From: Candidatus Omnitrophota bacterium
Lineage (GTDB): Bacteria > Omnitrophota > Gorgyraeia > JAFGHF01
Assembly (NCBI GenBank): GCA_020341815.1
Contig: CP070837.1
Coordinates: 892,064-956,063, forward strand
DNA length: 64,000 bases
Reading direction: 5' to 3'
The notes beneath the pieces are model-generated. The model searched no databases. It was not told the DNA's origin and was given only the letters and a program-made list of their open reading frames with translations. This document shows positions 29,086 through 38,635 of this stretch, piece after piece (within the stretch, counting starts at the first letter, position 1; each line of letters opens with the position of its first letter). Both the position numbers and the translations under genes were made by a program.

Positions 29086-29100
29086 CTTACACCTCCTTTT

Positions 29101-29188
29101 ACCACTGAAATCACTGAAATTGTTACACTGAAACCACTGAAGTTTTATTCAGTGTTCTCAGTATTATTTACTCAGTGCTCTCAGTGTT
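29101..29188. repeat. CACTGA-rich hairpin element, copy 2
   Basis: About 85% identical to 3491-3580. It supplies the stop codon and last codons of nadD and precedes the RBS of the zinc-ribbon ORF. Confidence 0.7.
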
Positions 29189-29786
29189 TCTTTATTTTAA
29201 CATGATATAGTCTTTTTTTCAATATGTATTTTCTAACTCGTTCGGGAACAAGATAGCGGATAGATTCACCGCGCTTCAGGCGCCTGCGGATATCGCTGGA
29301 TGAAATATCCAGCGACACAGTCGGTATCCTTATTGCCTGCATCTTCGCAAGGGGCTTCTTAAACGGAAAACCGGGACGCTCGGCAATCGCAAATTTGCAG
29401 ATTTTACTGAGTTTATCTACATCCTTCCACCGGGAAAACTCTTTCAAGAAATCCGAGCCCACAATAAAATATAGATTAGCCTCAGGAAAAATAGATTTGA
29501 GCTCTCTCACCGTCTGAAGCGAATAAGATATGCCACCTCGAGCAAGCTCTAAGCTGCAGGCCTCAAAATAGGGATTGGACTTTAAGGCCTGGGCAACCAT
29601 ATAATATCTCTTTTTCGCCAACTCAAGCCTCTTTTGCCTTCTTTTATGCGGACTGATATTGGTGGGAATAAATATCACCTTATCTAAGCGCAGATGCTCC
29701 CTGGCCTGCTCTGCCAGGACCAAATGGCCCATATGTATAGGATTAAAGGTCCCTCCCAATATGCCAATTTTCCTGGACTTAGACAT
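29181..29786 (-). CDS. nadD: Nicotinate-nucleotide adenylyltransferase
   Basis: GILGGTFNPIHMGHL motif. Confidence 0.9.
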   Translation of the reverse strand: MSKSRKIGILGGTFNPIHMGHLVLAEQAREHLRLDKVIFIPTNISPHKRRQKRLELAKKRYYMVAQALKSNPYFEACSLELARGGISYSLQTVRELKSIFPEANLYFIVGSDFLKEFSRWKDVDKLSKICKFAIAERPGFPFKKPLAKMQAIRIPTVSLDISSSDIRRRLKRGESIRYLVPERVRKYILKKRLYHVKIKKH

Positions 29787-29788
29787 TA

Positions 29789-31045
29789 CTAACTCCTGAT
29801 TTGGCCGCGGCCGAATATTTCATACTTGTAGGTGGTCAGCTCCTCCAAACCCATTGGTCCGCGGGCATGCAGCTTATCTGTGCTAATACCCATCTCCGCA
29901 CCCAAACCAAATTCGTATCCATCGGTAAATCTCGTGGAGGCATTGACGTAGACGCAGGCGCTGTCTACTTTAGTCAAAAACTCCTTTGCCTTTGTGCGAT
30001 TCTCTGTAATTATGGCGTCGGAGTGCCCCGAGCCGTAGCGGCTAATGTGCTCTAAGGCCTCTTTTAAGTCGCGCACAACCTTTACGGATAAAATTAAATC
30101 AAGGTATTCCGTTGACCAATCCCTTTCTGTAGCTCTTTTTGCTGCCTTATTCATCTTGCACACCTGCGCGTCTGCTCTTATCTCTACGCCGGCAGCTTGT
30201 AAGTCGTTGAGCATAATCGGCAAAAATTCTCTGACCAGCGCCTGATGCACAAGGAGCGTCTCCATAGCGTTGCAAACTCCTGGACGCTGGACTTTTGCAT
30301 TAAAGACCACCTTGCGGGCAAGGGATAAGTCTGCCTGGTTATCCACATAGATATGGCAGATGCCTTTATAGTGCTTAATCACCGGAATCATGGACTTTCT
30401 CTCAACCAGCTCGATAAGGCCCTGGCCCCCGCGCGGTATAACCAAATCAATAAACTCTTTTAAGCTCAAAAGGATATCTATGGCCTTCCTGTCGGTAGAC
30501 TTTACTAAATTAATTGCTGCGGGAGGCAACTTATATTTAACTAAACACCTGCGAAGAATATTGAAGATGGCAATATTTGAATTGATGGCTTCTCTGCCTC
30601 CGCGCAGGATTACGGCATTGCCTGATTTCAAGCACAGCCCGATACTGTCGCTGGTAACACCCGGGCGGGCCTCATAAATAATGGCCACTACCCCTATAGG
30701 CACCCTGACTTTTTTTATTAATAGCCCGTTCGGACGTCTGGTGCTTTTAATTACTTCGCCCACGGGGTCCTTCAAGGTAGCAACACTCTTAAGGGATTCG
30801 CTCATCTGGGCGATACGTTTTTCATTAAGTACTAATCTATCTAAAAAGGCTGAAGGCTTCCCCCGTCTCTTCGCCTGATGAAGGTCCTTTTCATTTGCCC
30901 GGATTAAACCGGCGGTATTTTTAATCAAACTATCGGCCATGCATAATAATGTCTTATTCTTTACCGTCTCAGACACAACCGCCAGGACCCGGGAAGCCTT
31001 TTTAGCTTTTTTTGCTATGTTCAGAATTTCTTGTTTGTTATCCAT
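29789..31045 (-). CDS. proA: Glutamate-5-semialdehyde dehydrogenase
   Basis: Full-length ProA. Confidence 0.95.
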   Translation of the reverse strand: MDNKQEILNIAKKAKKASRVLAVVSETVKNKTLLCMADSLIKNTAGLIRANEKDLHQAKRRGKPSAFLDRLVLNEKRIAQMSESLKSVATLKDPVGEVIKSTRRPNGLLIKKVRVPIGVVAIIYEARPGVTSDSIGLCLKSGNAVILRGGREAINSNIAIFNILRRCLVKYKLPPAAINLVKSTDRKAIDILLSLKEFIDLVIPRGGQGLIELVERKSMIPVIKHYKGICHIYVDNQADLSLARKVVFNAKVQRPGVCNAMETLLVHQALVREFLPIMLNDLQAAGVEIRADAQVCKMNKAAKRATERDWSTEYLDLILSVKVVRDLKEALEHISRYGSGHSDAIITENRTKAKEFLTKVDSACVYVNASTRFTDGYEFGLGAEMGISTDKLHARGPMGLEELTTYKYEIFGRGQIRS

Positions 31046-31057
31046 TTTTCTTTCAAG

Positions 31058-32164
31058 TTAAAGTATGACTAAGTTATTGCGATGAATTACCTCATCATAA
31101 TATTTATAGCCCAGGATTGCCTCAATACGGCTGCTGCTTTCGCCTTTGATTTTATTCAGCTCTTCCGAAGAATAGTTAATTAATCCGCGGGCAAATTCGC
31201 AATTTTTGCTATCTAAAACGCTTACCATATCCCCCGCGGCAAAATTTCCATTCAGATTGACTATCCCCTTGGCAAGCAGGCTTTTTTTCATTTTTACTAA
31301 TGCCTGTTTTGCCCCTTCGTCTACAACAATCTTACCCGCAGCCTTAGCGCTGAACCCAATCCACCTCTTCCTGGCCACAAGCCTCTGCTGTTTTCCGGGA
31401 AGAAACAAGGTGCCCACATCCTGCTCGTCTAATATTTTATCTAAAATATTTCCCGTTTTGCCGTTGGCAACAATACAGGCAATACCCGCTGCAGCACATA
31501 TTTTCGCCGCCTGCACTTTACTGGCCATGCCTCCGGTACCTAAAGCACCCCTCTTTGAGGCCCCGGCCAACTTTTCAATCTCACTGGTGATTTTTTCCAC
31601 TTTGCGGATGACTTCACCCGCCTGATCATAAAGGCCGTCGACATCGGAAAGGATAATCAATAACTCCGCCTGCGCAAGGGCTGCCACCTCGGCCGACAAC
31701 CTGTCATTATCGCCGAACTTTATCTCATCTACGGAAACAGTATCGTTTTCATTAATCACAGGCACTACCTTGTAACTCAGCAGGGTAAAAAGGGTGTTCT
31801 TGGCATTGAGATATCTTCTGCGATTATTCAAATCCTCGCGCGTCAGGAGAATTTGCGCGCAAAGAAGCTCATGTTCCCTGAAAAGGGTATCATATATCTT
31901 CATTAGCTGGCTCTGGCCGATAGCGGCTGTGGCCTGCTGTTGAGGCAGGAGCTTGGGCCTTGACTTCAAACCCAGCATGCCCATGCCTGAGGCAATGGCT
32001 CCGGAAGTAACCAAAATCACTTCCATATTTTTATTGATTAAAGCGGCAATCTGCGCCAGGAACTTTTTAATCCAGGTTTTGTTGAGGCGATAACCGTCCG
32101 TGAGAATGCCGCTGCCTACCTTAACTACAATTCTTTTAGGTCTAAGCGGCAAGCTTCTCTTCAT
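31058..32164 (-). CDS. proB: Glutamate 5-kinase (with PUA domain)
   Basis: Full-length ProB. Confidence 0.95.
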   Translation of the reverse strand: MKRSLPLRPKRIVVKVGSGILTDGYRLNKTWIKKFLAQIAALINKNMEVILVTSGAIASGMGMLGLKSRPKLLPQQQATAAIGQSQLMKIYDTLFREHELLCAQILLTREDLNNRRRYLNAKNTLFTLLSYKVVPVINENDTVSVDEIKFGDNDRLSAEVAALAQAELLIILSDVDGLYDQAGEVIRKVEKITSEIEKLAGASKRGALGTGGMASKVQAAKICAAAGIACIVANGKTGNILDKILDEQDVGTLFLPGKQQRLVARKRWIGFSAKAAGKIVVDEGAKQALVKMKKSLLAKGIVNLNGNFAAGDMVSVLDSKNCEFARGLINYSSEELNKIKGESSSRIEAILGYKYYDEVIHRNNLVIL

Positions 32165-32178
32165 CGCAATAACCTCCT

Positions 32179-33135
32179 CTAAAGTAATCCTCTTATGCCC
32201 TCAAGCACTTCTTCAATCCCCAGCGAACCTTTTGCAGAAACAGGATAAATCTTTTCCTTGATTTTAAAAGAAAACTTCTTTAAATTGTTTTCGGCCTCAG
32301 GCAAATCCATCTTATTGGCAATAAGGAGTTGCGGCTTAGCGCAAAGCCCCCTATCATAATCTTTAAGCTCCTGGTTTAGATTATGATAATCTTCACAGGG
32401 GTCTCTTCCCTCTGAACCTGCCATATCGATTAAATGGAGTAAGAGCTTAGCCCTTTCGGCATGACGCAAGAATTGTGCGCCCAGGCCCTTACCTTGATTT
32501 GAGCCCTTGATTAATCCGGGAATCTCTACTGCAGTCAAGAGAGGCAACTCTTCTGAAAGTTCCAGAGGCCCCAAGATGGGAGAGGTAGTCGTAAAGGGGT
32601 AGGCGGCAATCTTTGGAGAACATGAGGATATTTTGGTAAGAAATGTGGATTTGCCGCTGTTAGGATATCCGATTAGTGCTATCTCGGCAACAAGCTTCAG
32701 CTCCAGTGAAAGTTCTTTTTCTTCTCCGGGTAAGCCGCGTGTTGCCGCTTGAGTTTTCGTATTCGCCCTGCCACCCTCTCCTGCTTTGGCCGCCAGCAAT
32801 TCCTGATCCGGCTCTGTAAGCTCCCCCAGAAGAAGATTGTTTCCTACATCGCGAATAATTGTTCCCGGGGGCACTCTAATAATACAGGGGCGACTGTCCG
32901 CCCCTTTTTTCTTGTTTCCCGAGCCGTCTTTGCCCTTTTCGGCCCGAAAATGCTGTTTGCCCCGAAACTCCTTAAGCTCCCGAATATTCTTATCCACCCT
33001 GATGAGCACATCGGCACCCCTGCCTCCGCTTCCGCCATCAGGATGATGTGATCTTGTAAATTTTACCCCTTTAAAACTGTTGCAGCCGCTGCCTCCGTCT
33101 CCGGCCTTTACGTATATCCTTGCCCTGTCAATCAT
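32179..33135 (-). CDS. obg: GTPase Obg/CgtA (short form)
   Basis: Obg-fold glycine-rich N-terminus plus GYPNSGKST G-domain. Confidence 0.9.
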   Translation of the reverse strand: MIDRARIYVKAGDGGSGCNSFKGVKFTRSHHPDGGSGGRGADVLIRVDKNIRELKEFRGKQHFRAEKGKDGSGNKKKGADSRPCIIRVPPGTIIRDVGNNLLLGELTEPDQELLAAKAGEGGRANTKTQAATRGLPGEEKELSLELKLVAEIALIGYPNSGKSTFLTKISSCSPKIAAYPFTTTSPILGPLELSEELPLLTAVEIPGLIKGSNQGKGLGAQFLRHAERAKLLLHLIDMAGSEGRDPCEDYHNLNQELKDYDRGLCAKPQLLIANKMDLPEAENNLKKFSFKIKEKIYPVSAKGSLGIEEVLEGIRGLL

Positions 33136-33141
33136 TACCGC

Positions 33142-33381
33142 TTAAGGTAACACGCTAATCACACGGGACTTATTAAAGGCAACTTTCCCTCGAATTTTGG
33201 CAAAAAGCGTATGGTCTCTTCCCATACCCACATTCAGTCCGGGGAAAAATTTTGTCCCCTTCTGCCTGATGAGAATACTGCCGGCACTGACAAGCTCTCC
33301 GGCAAAGCGCTTGAGGCCTAATCGTTGCGAACGGCTGTCACGGCCGTTACGCGAGCTGCCCATTCCTTTCTTATGCGCCAT
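33142..33381 (-). CDS. rpmA: 50S ribosomal protein L27
   Basis: [16 protein letters not shown]-terminus. Confidence 0.95.
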   Translation of the reverse strand: MAHKKGMGSSRNGRDSRSQRLGLKRFAGELVSAGSILIRQKGTKFFPGLNVGMGRDHTLFAKIRGKVAFNKSRVISVLP

Positions 33382-33403
33382 TTTTTACTTCCTCCGTATC
33401 AGA

Positions 33404-33724
33404 TTATGCACTCTTGGTAACTATCTCTTTTACTTTTATCAATACCTGCTTCTGCCGATGCCCTCTCTTGGATTGAGAGCTTTTTCTGCGGCGAAACTTA
33501 AAAGCAATCTTCTTTTTATCTTTCGTATGAGCAAGCACCTCGCACTCAAGCTTGGCATTTTTTACATATGGGTTGCCGACCTTGACATCTTTGCCCTTGG
33601 CAGTCAGCAACACCTTATCCAAAACCAACTTGTGTGTGCGGGCAGGGACTGCCTTTTCTATCAGAATTTCGTCTTTTTCGGCAACCTTATATTGCCTGCT
33701 TCCTACTTCTACTATAGCATACAT
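33404..33724 (-). CDS. rplU: 50S ribosomal protein L21
   Basis: MYAIVEVGSRQYKV start. Start codon moved to the internal Met. Confidence 0.9.
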   Translation of the reverse strand: MYAIVEVGSRQYKVAEKDEILIEKAVPARTHKLVLDKVLLTAKGKDVKVGNPYVKNAKLECEVLAHTKDKKKIAFKFRRRKSSQSKRGHRQKQVLIKVKEIVTKSA

Positions 33725-33784
33725 AGCACACTCCATCTATTTTGTCCTGACATAGTAGCACAATCACGGCATACTGTCAAGCCT

Positions 33785-35299
33785 TTAGACTACTTCTATC
33801 TTGAACTCCTCTATATGCAGCCTGGGGTTGTCTCTGACTAAAATCTTGGTCTTAAACTTGGCTTCCAGGTTATGAATGGCCTGCCTATCCTCGTTTACAA
33901 CCTGAGTTACTACATTCGGATGGGCAAAGACAAGGATTGTTTTCTTATTTGCCTTCTGCAGTCTCTTTCTTATCTCCCTCAAAACCAAAATAGCCATGGT
34001 AGCGGGCGACTTCACCAGGCCTCTTCCCTGGCAATATGCGCAAGACTGATAAGCCACGCTCTCCAGGCTTCTCCTGACCCTTTGCCTGGTCATCTCTATC
34101 AATCCCAGTTCAGATACGGTTGAGATATCCGTCTTGGCATGATCGCGCCTCAAAGCCTCATTTAAGGCATCAAATACCCGCTGGCGGTGTCTAGCCCGCT
34201 TCATATCGATAAAATCGATTATAATTATCCCTCCTATATCCCGCAGTCTCATTTGCCTGGCAATCTCCCTGGCCGCCTCTAAATTGACCTGACAGGCGGT
34301 TTCTTCAGGGTCTTTCTTGCGCGTAAACTTGCCGCTGTTTACATCAATGGCCACCAGACCCTCGGTGGGCTCTATCATTATATAGCCTCCGGAGGGTAAA
34401 GATACCTTGCGGTCATAGATTTTAATAATCTCATCCTCCACGCCCCTCCTCTCAAACATAGGCACGTCGGAGCGATAAAGCTGAACCCGGGAGCGCAGAT
34501 TTGGCGAGATAATACTTAAGAATCGCATAATTCTTTTATATTCTTCTTTTGAATCTATCCATAATTTATTGGCCTGAAGAGTAAAATTGTCTCTGATTGT
34601 GCGCAGGATAAGGTCATACTCCTCATGAATCAAGGCCGGTGCGTGCTTTCTGTGCGCAGACACTCTTATTCTGCGCCATAGATTGGTCAAATAACGTAAA
34701 TCCTGCAAAAATTCCCTTTTTGTGCCACCGGCGCCGGCAGTACGCACTATCAAACCCATATTACGGGGAATATTTAAGCTTTTAAGCAGCTCTTTCAGGC
34801 GAGCCCTTTCTTTAACGTCTTTAATCCGGCGGGAAATACCCAGGTGGCTATCGCAGGGCATCAGCACGAGGTAGCGTCCGGGCAAGGCGATGTGTGTAGT
34901 CAGGCGCGCGCCTTTTGTCCCCAGGGGTTCTTTGACAATCTGCACCAGAATCTCCTGGCCAACCTTGAGCTTATCTTTAATTTCGGTATGGGCCTGAACG
35001 TGATTGTTGTCGCTGACTGTGCCTTCATAGGCATAAGGCTTATCTATAATTTCGGCCATCTTTTCATAATCCGGACGCTCTAAGTCCTGGACATATAAAA
35101 ATCCGTTTTTGGGCAAACCTATCTTTACAAAGGCTGCCCCTATAGCCGGCACAAGTGTCTCCACTACTCCTTTATAAATATTTCCTACCAGTCTCTGGGC
35201 GCCCTGCCTTTCTACATAGAACTCTTCCAAACTTCTTCCTTCGGTAATGGCTACCCTTTTCTCCTGAAGCTCTACATTAATCAGTATTTCTTGATACAT
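33785..35299 (-). CDS. rng: Ribonuclease G/E family (RNase G-length, 504 aa)
   Basis: S1 domain plus RNase E/G catalytic domain motifs. Confidence 0.85.
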   Translation of the reverse strand: MYQEILINVELQEKRVAITEGRSLEEFYVERQGAQRLVGNIYKGVVETLVPAIGAAFVKIGLPKNGFLYVQDLERPDYEKMAEIIDKPYAYEGTVSDNNHVQAHTEIKDKLKVGQEILVQIVKEPLGTKGARLTTHIALPGRYLVLMPCDSHLGISRRIKDVKERARLKELLKSLNIPRNMGLIVRTAGAGGTKREFLQDLRYLTNLWRRIRVSAHRKHAPALIHEEYDLILRTIRDNFTLQANKLWIDSKEEYKRIMRFLSIISPNLRSRVQLYRSDVPMFERRGVEDEIIKIYDRKVSLPSGGYIMIEPTEGLVAIDVNSGKFTRKKDPEETACQVNLEAAREIARQMRLRDIGGIIIIDFIDMKRARHRQRVFDALNEALRRDHAKTDISTVSELGLIEMTRQRVRRSLESVAYQSCAYCQGRGLVKSPATMAILVLREIRKRLQKANKKTILVFAHPNVVTQVVNEDRQAIHNLEAKFKTKILVRDNPRLHIEEFKIEVV

Positions 35300-36695
35300 T
35301 CATCTCTGCCTGTTCTTCTAATTCCTGTAATTCCGGAACTCCTGAATCATCCAGGAGTCTTACCGTAACGAAAATAATTAAATCGGTTGTATCTACATCT
35401 TTCTCCGTCTTGCTAAATACATATTTTAATAAAGGCAAATCACCCAAAATAGGGACCTTCTTTACATAGTTCACAGTTTCTTCCTTGATTAATCCGCCGA
35501 TAACTATGGTCTGGCCATCCTTAACCATAACCTGCGTGCTTGACTGGCGGGAAGCAAACCTGGGCGCCTGGATTGTTCCTGTGCCGGTAGTAAAATAATC
35601 CCAGCCGCTGAAAGAGCTCACCTCGGGACTCAGGTCTATAACGATGTAGCCCTCCGGATTGACATGGGGCGTTACCGTTAATTTAACCCCAATGTCCTTT
35701 TCGCTATACCCGGATACCACCAGGCGTCCCGTATCGGAATCCACTTCGTATTTGGGTATATTAAAGGTCTCGGTAACACCGATCACCGCCTCCTGGTTAT
35801 TCAAAGTGGTAATTCGCGGATTGGAAAGGGTCTTTGTATCACTGCGGGATTTCAGAATCTCAAGCGCAAATTGCAATTGTGTAAAATCCAAGGTACCGAA
35901 TGTAAAATCATCTTTTACCGCAAAGGGAAAACCCTGCTGCAGGCTATCCGTAAAATCGGATTGAGTGGTATCTACCCTGGGGAAATATTCTATGCCGGTT
36001 TTGCCGTAAGTTTTTTGGGTGGAAAAAGGCACAACCATCGGTCGTTGTGAGCCCGACCCGGCACTCTCCAGGGTCCAGTCAATCCCCAGGTCTTCGTTCT
36101 CGTCAAGAACCGTTTCGATAATCTTGGCCTCAATCACTACCTGATTAGTCTTTTTATCCAATTTCTCAATCACCTTACTGATTTTGTATAAATTGGTAGG
36201 GATGTCGGTAACCACCACCTGATTTGTGCGGTCGTCGAACTTCACTTTACCCCTATCGGAAATTATCTCGCCAATGGCCTCGGAAACTTCTTCGGCCTTA
36301 GCGTAATTTAAGATGAATACCTGAGTGGAAACCTCTTCTTTGCTTAAGTTTTCCACCGTGGTAACCCTGATAATATCTTCCTCTCTTTCATAAACAAAAC
36401 CGTTATTTTTCAGGATAACATCCAGCGCGCGTTCCCAGGGTACATCCACCAACCTTATGGTTACTGCCCCTGAGACATCCCTGCCGGCAACTATATTAAC
36501 TCCGCTTTTATAAGAAATAATCTTTAAAACACTGTGTATATCGGCCTCCTTGAAATCCACAGTGATATTACCTGCATCCGTCACCTCTTCTTCACCAGCG
36601 ATTTCCTGAGTAAGCGCAACATCATGAAAAGAAAAAATAAAAATTCCCAATAAAAGCATAAGCGGTAATTTCATCCATCCGGTCTTTCTCTGCAT
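35277..36695 (-). CDS. pilQ: Type IV pilus secretin PilQ
   Basis: Secretin C-domain in the context of pilNOP. Confidence 0.8.
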   Translation of the reverse strand: MQRKTGWMKLPLMLLLGIFIFSFHDVALTQEIAGEEEVTDAGNITVDFKEADIHSVLKIISYKSGVNIVAGRDVSGAVTIRLVDVPWERALDVILKNNGFVYEREEDIIRVTTVENLSKEEVSTQVFILNYAKAEEVSEAIGEIISDRGKVKFDDRTNQVVVTDIPTNLYKISKVIEKLDKKTNQVVIEAKIIETVLDENEDLGIDWTLESAGSGSQRPMVVPFSTQKTYGKTGIEYFPRVDTTQSDFTDSLQQGFPFAVKDDFTFGTLDFTQLQFALEILKSRSDTKTLSNPRITTLNNQEAVIGVTETFNIPKYEVDSDTGRLVVSGYSEKDIGVKLTVTPHVNPEGYIVIDLSPEVSSFSGWDYFTTGTGTIQAPRFASRQSSTQVMVKDGQTIVIGGLIKEETVNYVKKVPILGDLPLLKYVFSKTEKDVDTTDLIIFVTVRLLDDSGVPELQELEEQAEMNVSRNTD

Positions 36696-36696
36696 A

Positions 36697-37068
36697 TTAT
36701 TGCTCCTTTTTTTCTTCTTCTATAGATAGTCTCATGATATATTCTTTTCCATTCTTATAGATAACAACCTTATCTTTGCTTATATCCTGCACCATAAATC
36801 CGGAGATTGATTCTCCAACCCTTAATACCTCATCGTTAATCAACGCAGAGCTTTTCCCTTCGGGATCCCATAAAATACCAAATAGCTTAAGCTCATCGAA
36901 AGAATAAAGCGTGCCTATATCCAGTAAATAATGCCCATCTTTATCCACAAGAGGGACAAAAGGGTCCCTTTTTCCTTTATCATCATAGATAAAGGGCTCC
37001 TCCGCCGCCAGAGGTGCCAAGCTGAACATAAAGATTAAAAGTACCGACAATCGGACAAAATTATTCAT
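36697..37068 (-). CDS. pilP: Pilus assembly lipoprotein PilP-like
   Basis: Signal peptide, KRDPFVPL motif, position between pilO and pilQ. Confidence 0.6.
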   Translation of the reverse strand: MNNFVRLSVLLIFMFSLAPLAAEEPFIYDDKGKRDPFVPLVDKDGHYLLDIGTLYSFDELKLFGILWDPEGKSSALINDEVLRVGESISGFMVQDISKDKVVIYKNGKEYIMRLSIEEEKKEQ

Positions 37069-37652
37069 TTAGTCATCACATAGGTTACCACGATAAGTTC
37101 CACATTATGAATGCCTACTTTTTCGGGATCGGCTTCTATTTTAATATTATCTATTCTCATAAATCTATCGGCATTTTCCAGCTTGTTTAAAAAACGGCCC
37201 AATTGATGGTATCCGCATTCGGCCTTTAGCAAAATAGGCGCTTTATAATATATGGAAGGGGTAGCAGCCTTATCTTTCTCTTCTATGACAGGCCTGATTT
37301 CGGTTATTCTCACCTTTAATTCTTTGGCCGCATCGGAAAGATATTCCAATATAGCGGGTATCTCTTTTTCCCCGGGTAGACTTTTTTCGTAAGCAGCCAA
37401 TTTTTCATCCGAACGTGCAATCTGCTCATTAAAGGAATCGATATTTGCCCATTCTTTCTCTATATTAGTAATCTGCGATTTTAATTGTGAGGCCTCCGGC
37501 AAGAGACGAAATGTATTTCTTATTGCGGGAAATACCAATAGAATTAGATAAAAGAGCATAAGTAAAAAAGGAACCAGGGGCATAAAACTGCTGAATTTCT
37601 TAAATTGGGGGACTTTTTGAAAAAGCTCTTTAATTTTTTGCAAATCTTGCAT
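37065..37652 (-). CDS. pilO: Type IV pilus assembly protein PilO
   Basis: TM helix plus coiled-coil plus periplasmic domain. Synteny. Confidence 0.65.
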   Translation of the reverse strand: MQDLQKIKELFQKVPQFKKFSSFMPLVPFLLMLFYLILLVFPAIRNTFRLLPEASQLKSQITNIEKEWANIDSFNEQIARSDEKLAAYEKSLPGEKEIPAILEYLSDAAKELKVRITEIRPVIEEKDKAATPSIYYKAPILLKAECGYHQLGRFLNKLENADRFMRIDNIKIEADPEKVGIHNVELIVVTYVMTK

Positions 37653-37666
37653 AAATAGGCCTTCTG

Positions 37667-38311
37667 TTATTTTTTAAACCGGCCGGTCAGGATAAAATCC
37701 ATCACCTCTATCTGCTCTATTCGTCTCTCTTTAATGGGCCCTAACTCGATACCCGTAAAATCGGAAGAAAACGAAGCATCGCTTTTCAGGTTTTGCATAA
37801 ACCTGCCGATGAGGGCAGGTTCATCCTTGCCCCGCGAGGCACAGCTTCCTTCAATTATCAGATATTTTAAAACTTTGGGTTTGGCGGCCGGGGGTTTTAC
37901 CTTTGTTCTGGCAATTGCCCGGGGTTGCGCCTCTTCTTTTATTTCCAAAGAAAGCTCATTTAACCATACCCCCGGAACTGCCAGTTCGCTGATTTGATTT
38001 AATTTTTTTGACCAGAGTATCCTCTCTCTCATCAATTGCTCAATCAAAGGAATCTTCGCGTTAATCTCCTTCAGCTGGGCCTTTATTTGGTTAAGTTTTT
38101 CTCTTTTTAAAGCAATGCTTTGCCAGCTCTTCTTAAGGCTCTTCAGGCGGATTTTAGTTATGGCATTTAGGGAAATAAAAAGCAGATGAAATAACACCAG
38201 CCCTCCAAAGACCACTAGCGGTATTTTTTTATTAAAACTGAATTCGAAAGAAGGCGCCTTCTTTTTTTTCTTTTTTTGTAATTCTACAGGTAAAAGATTA
38301 ATCTCTATCAT
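37667..38311 (-). CDS. pilN: Type IV pilus assembly protein PilN
   Basis: MIEINLLP start, TM helix, coiled coil. Confidence 0.7.
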   Translation of the reverse strand: MIEINLLPVELQKKKKKKAPSFEFSFNKKIPLVVFGGLVLFHLLFISLNAITKIRLKSLKKSWQSIALKREKLNQIKAQLKEINAKIPLIEQLMRERILWSKKLNQISELAVPGVWLNELSLEIKEEAQPRAIARTKVKPPAAKPKVLKYLIIEGSCASRGKDEPALIGRFMQNLKSDASFSSDFTGIELGPIKERRIEQIEVMDFILTGRFKK

Positions 38312-38319
38312 CTTAAAAT

Positions 38320-38634
38320 TTATTTGCCTTTGCTTTTAAGTAAGGCCAGCAGCTTCTTTCCGAAAGTAATTGCTACAATAATCAGGATTATGGCAATCGT
38401 TACCTCTCTGGCAACACTGGTTGAGGGTCCTTTGGCTGCTTCAGGCAGAGAAAGCGCAGGTATTTCTTCTTTCCCTGTGAGCGGACGGCCTTCTTCGAAT
38501 GTCAGCTTCTCTCTGAGTGCTTCTCTTTCTTTTTCCTCCTGCCTAATTTTTATCTTTTCTCTTTCTTGCTCGGCCCACTTCTTAACTTCCTCCGGACTGG
38601 CATCGTCCCTATAGAGAACGAAAAGATCGTTCAT
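38320..38634 (-). CDS. Small Lys/Glu-rich tail-anchored membrane protein, unknown function
   Basis: C-terminal TM helix (VTIAIILIIVAITFG). Encoded within the pilus operon. Confidence 0.5.
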   Translation of the reverse strand: MNDLFVLYRDDASPEEVKKWAEQEREKIKIRQEEKEREALREKLTFEEGRPLTGKEEIPALSLPEAAKGPSTSVAREVTIAIILIIVAITFGKKLLALLKSKGK

Positions 38635-38635
38635 C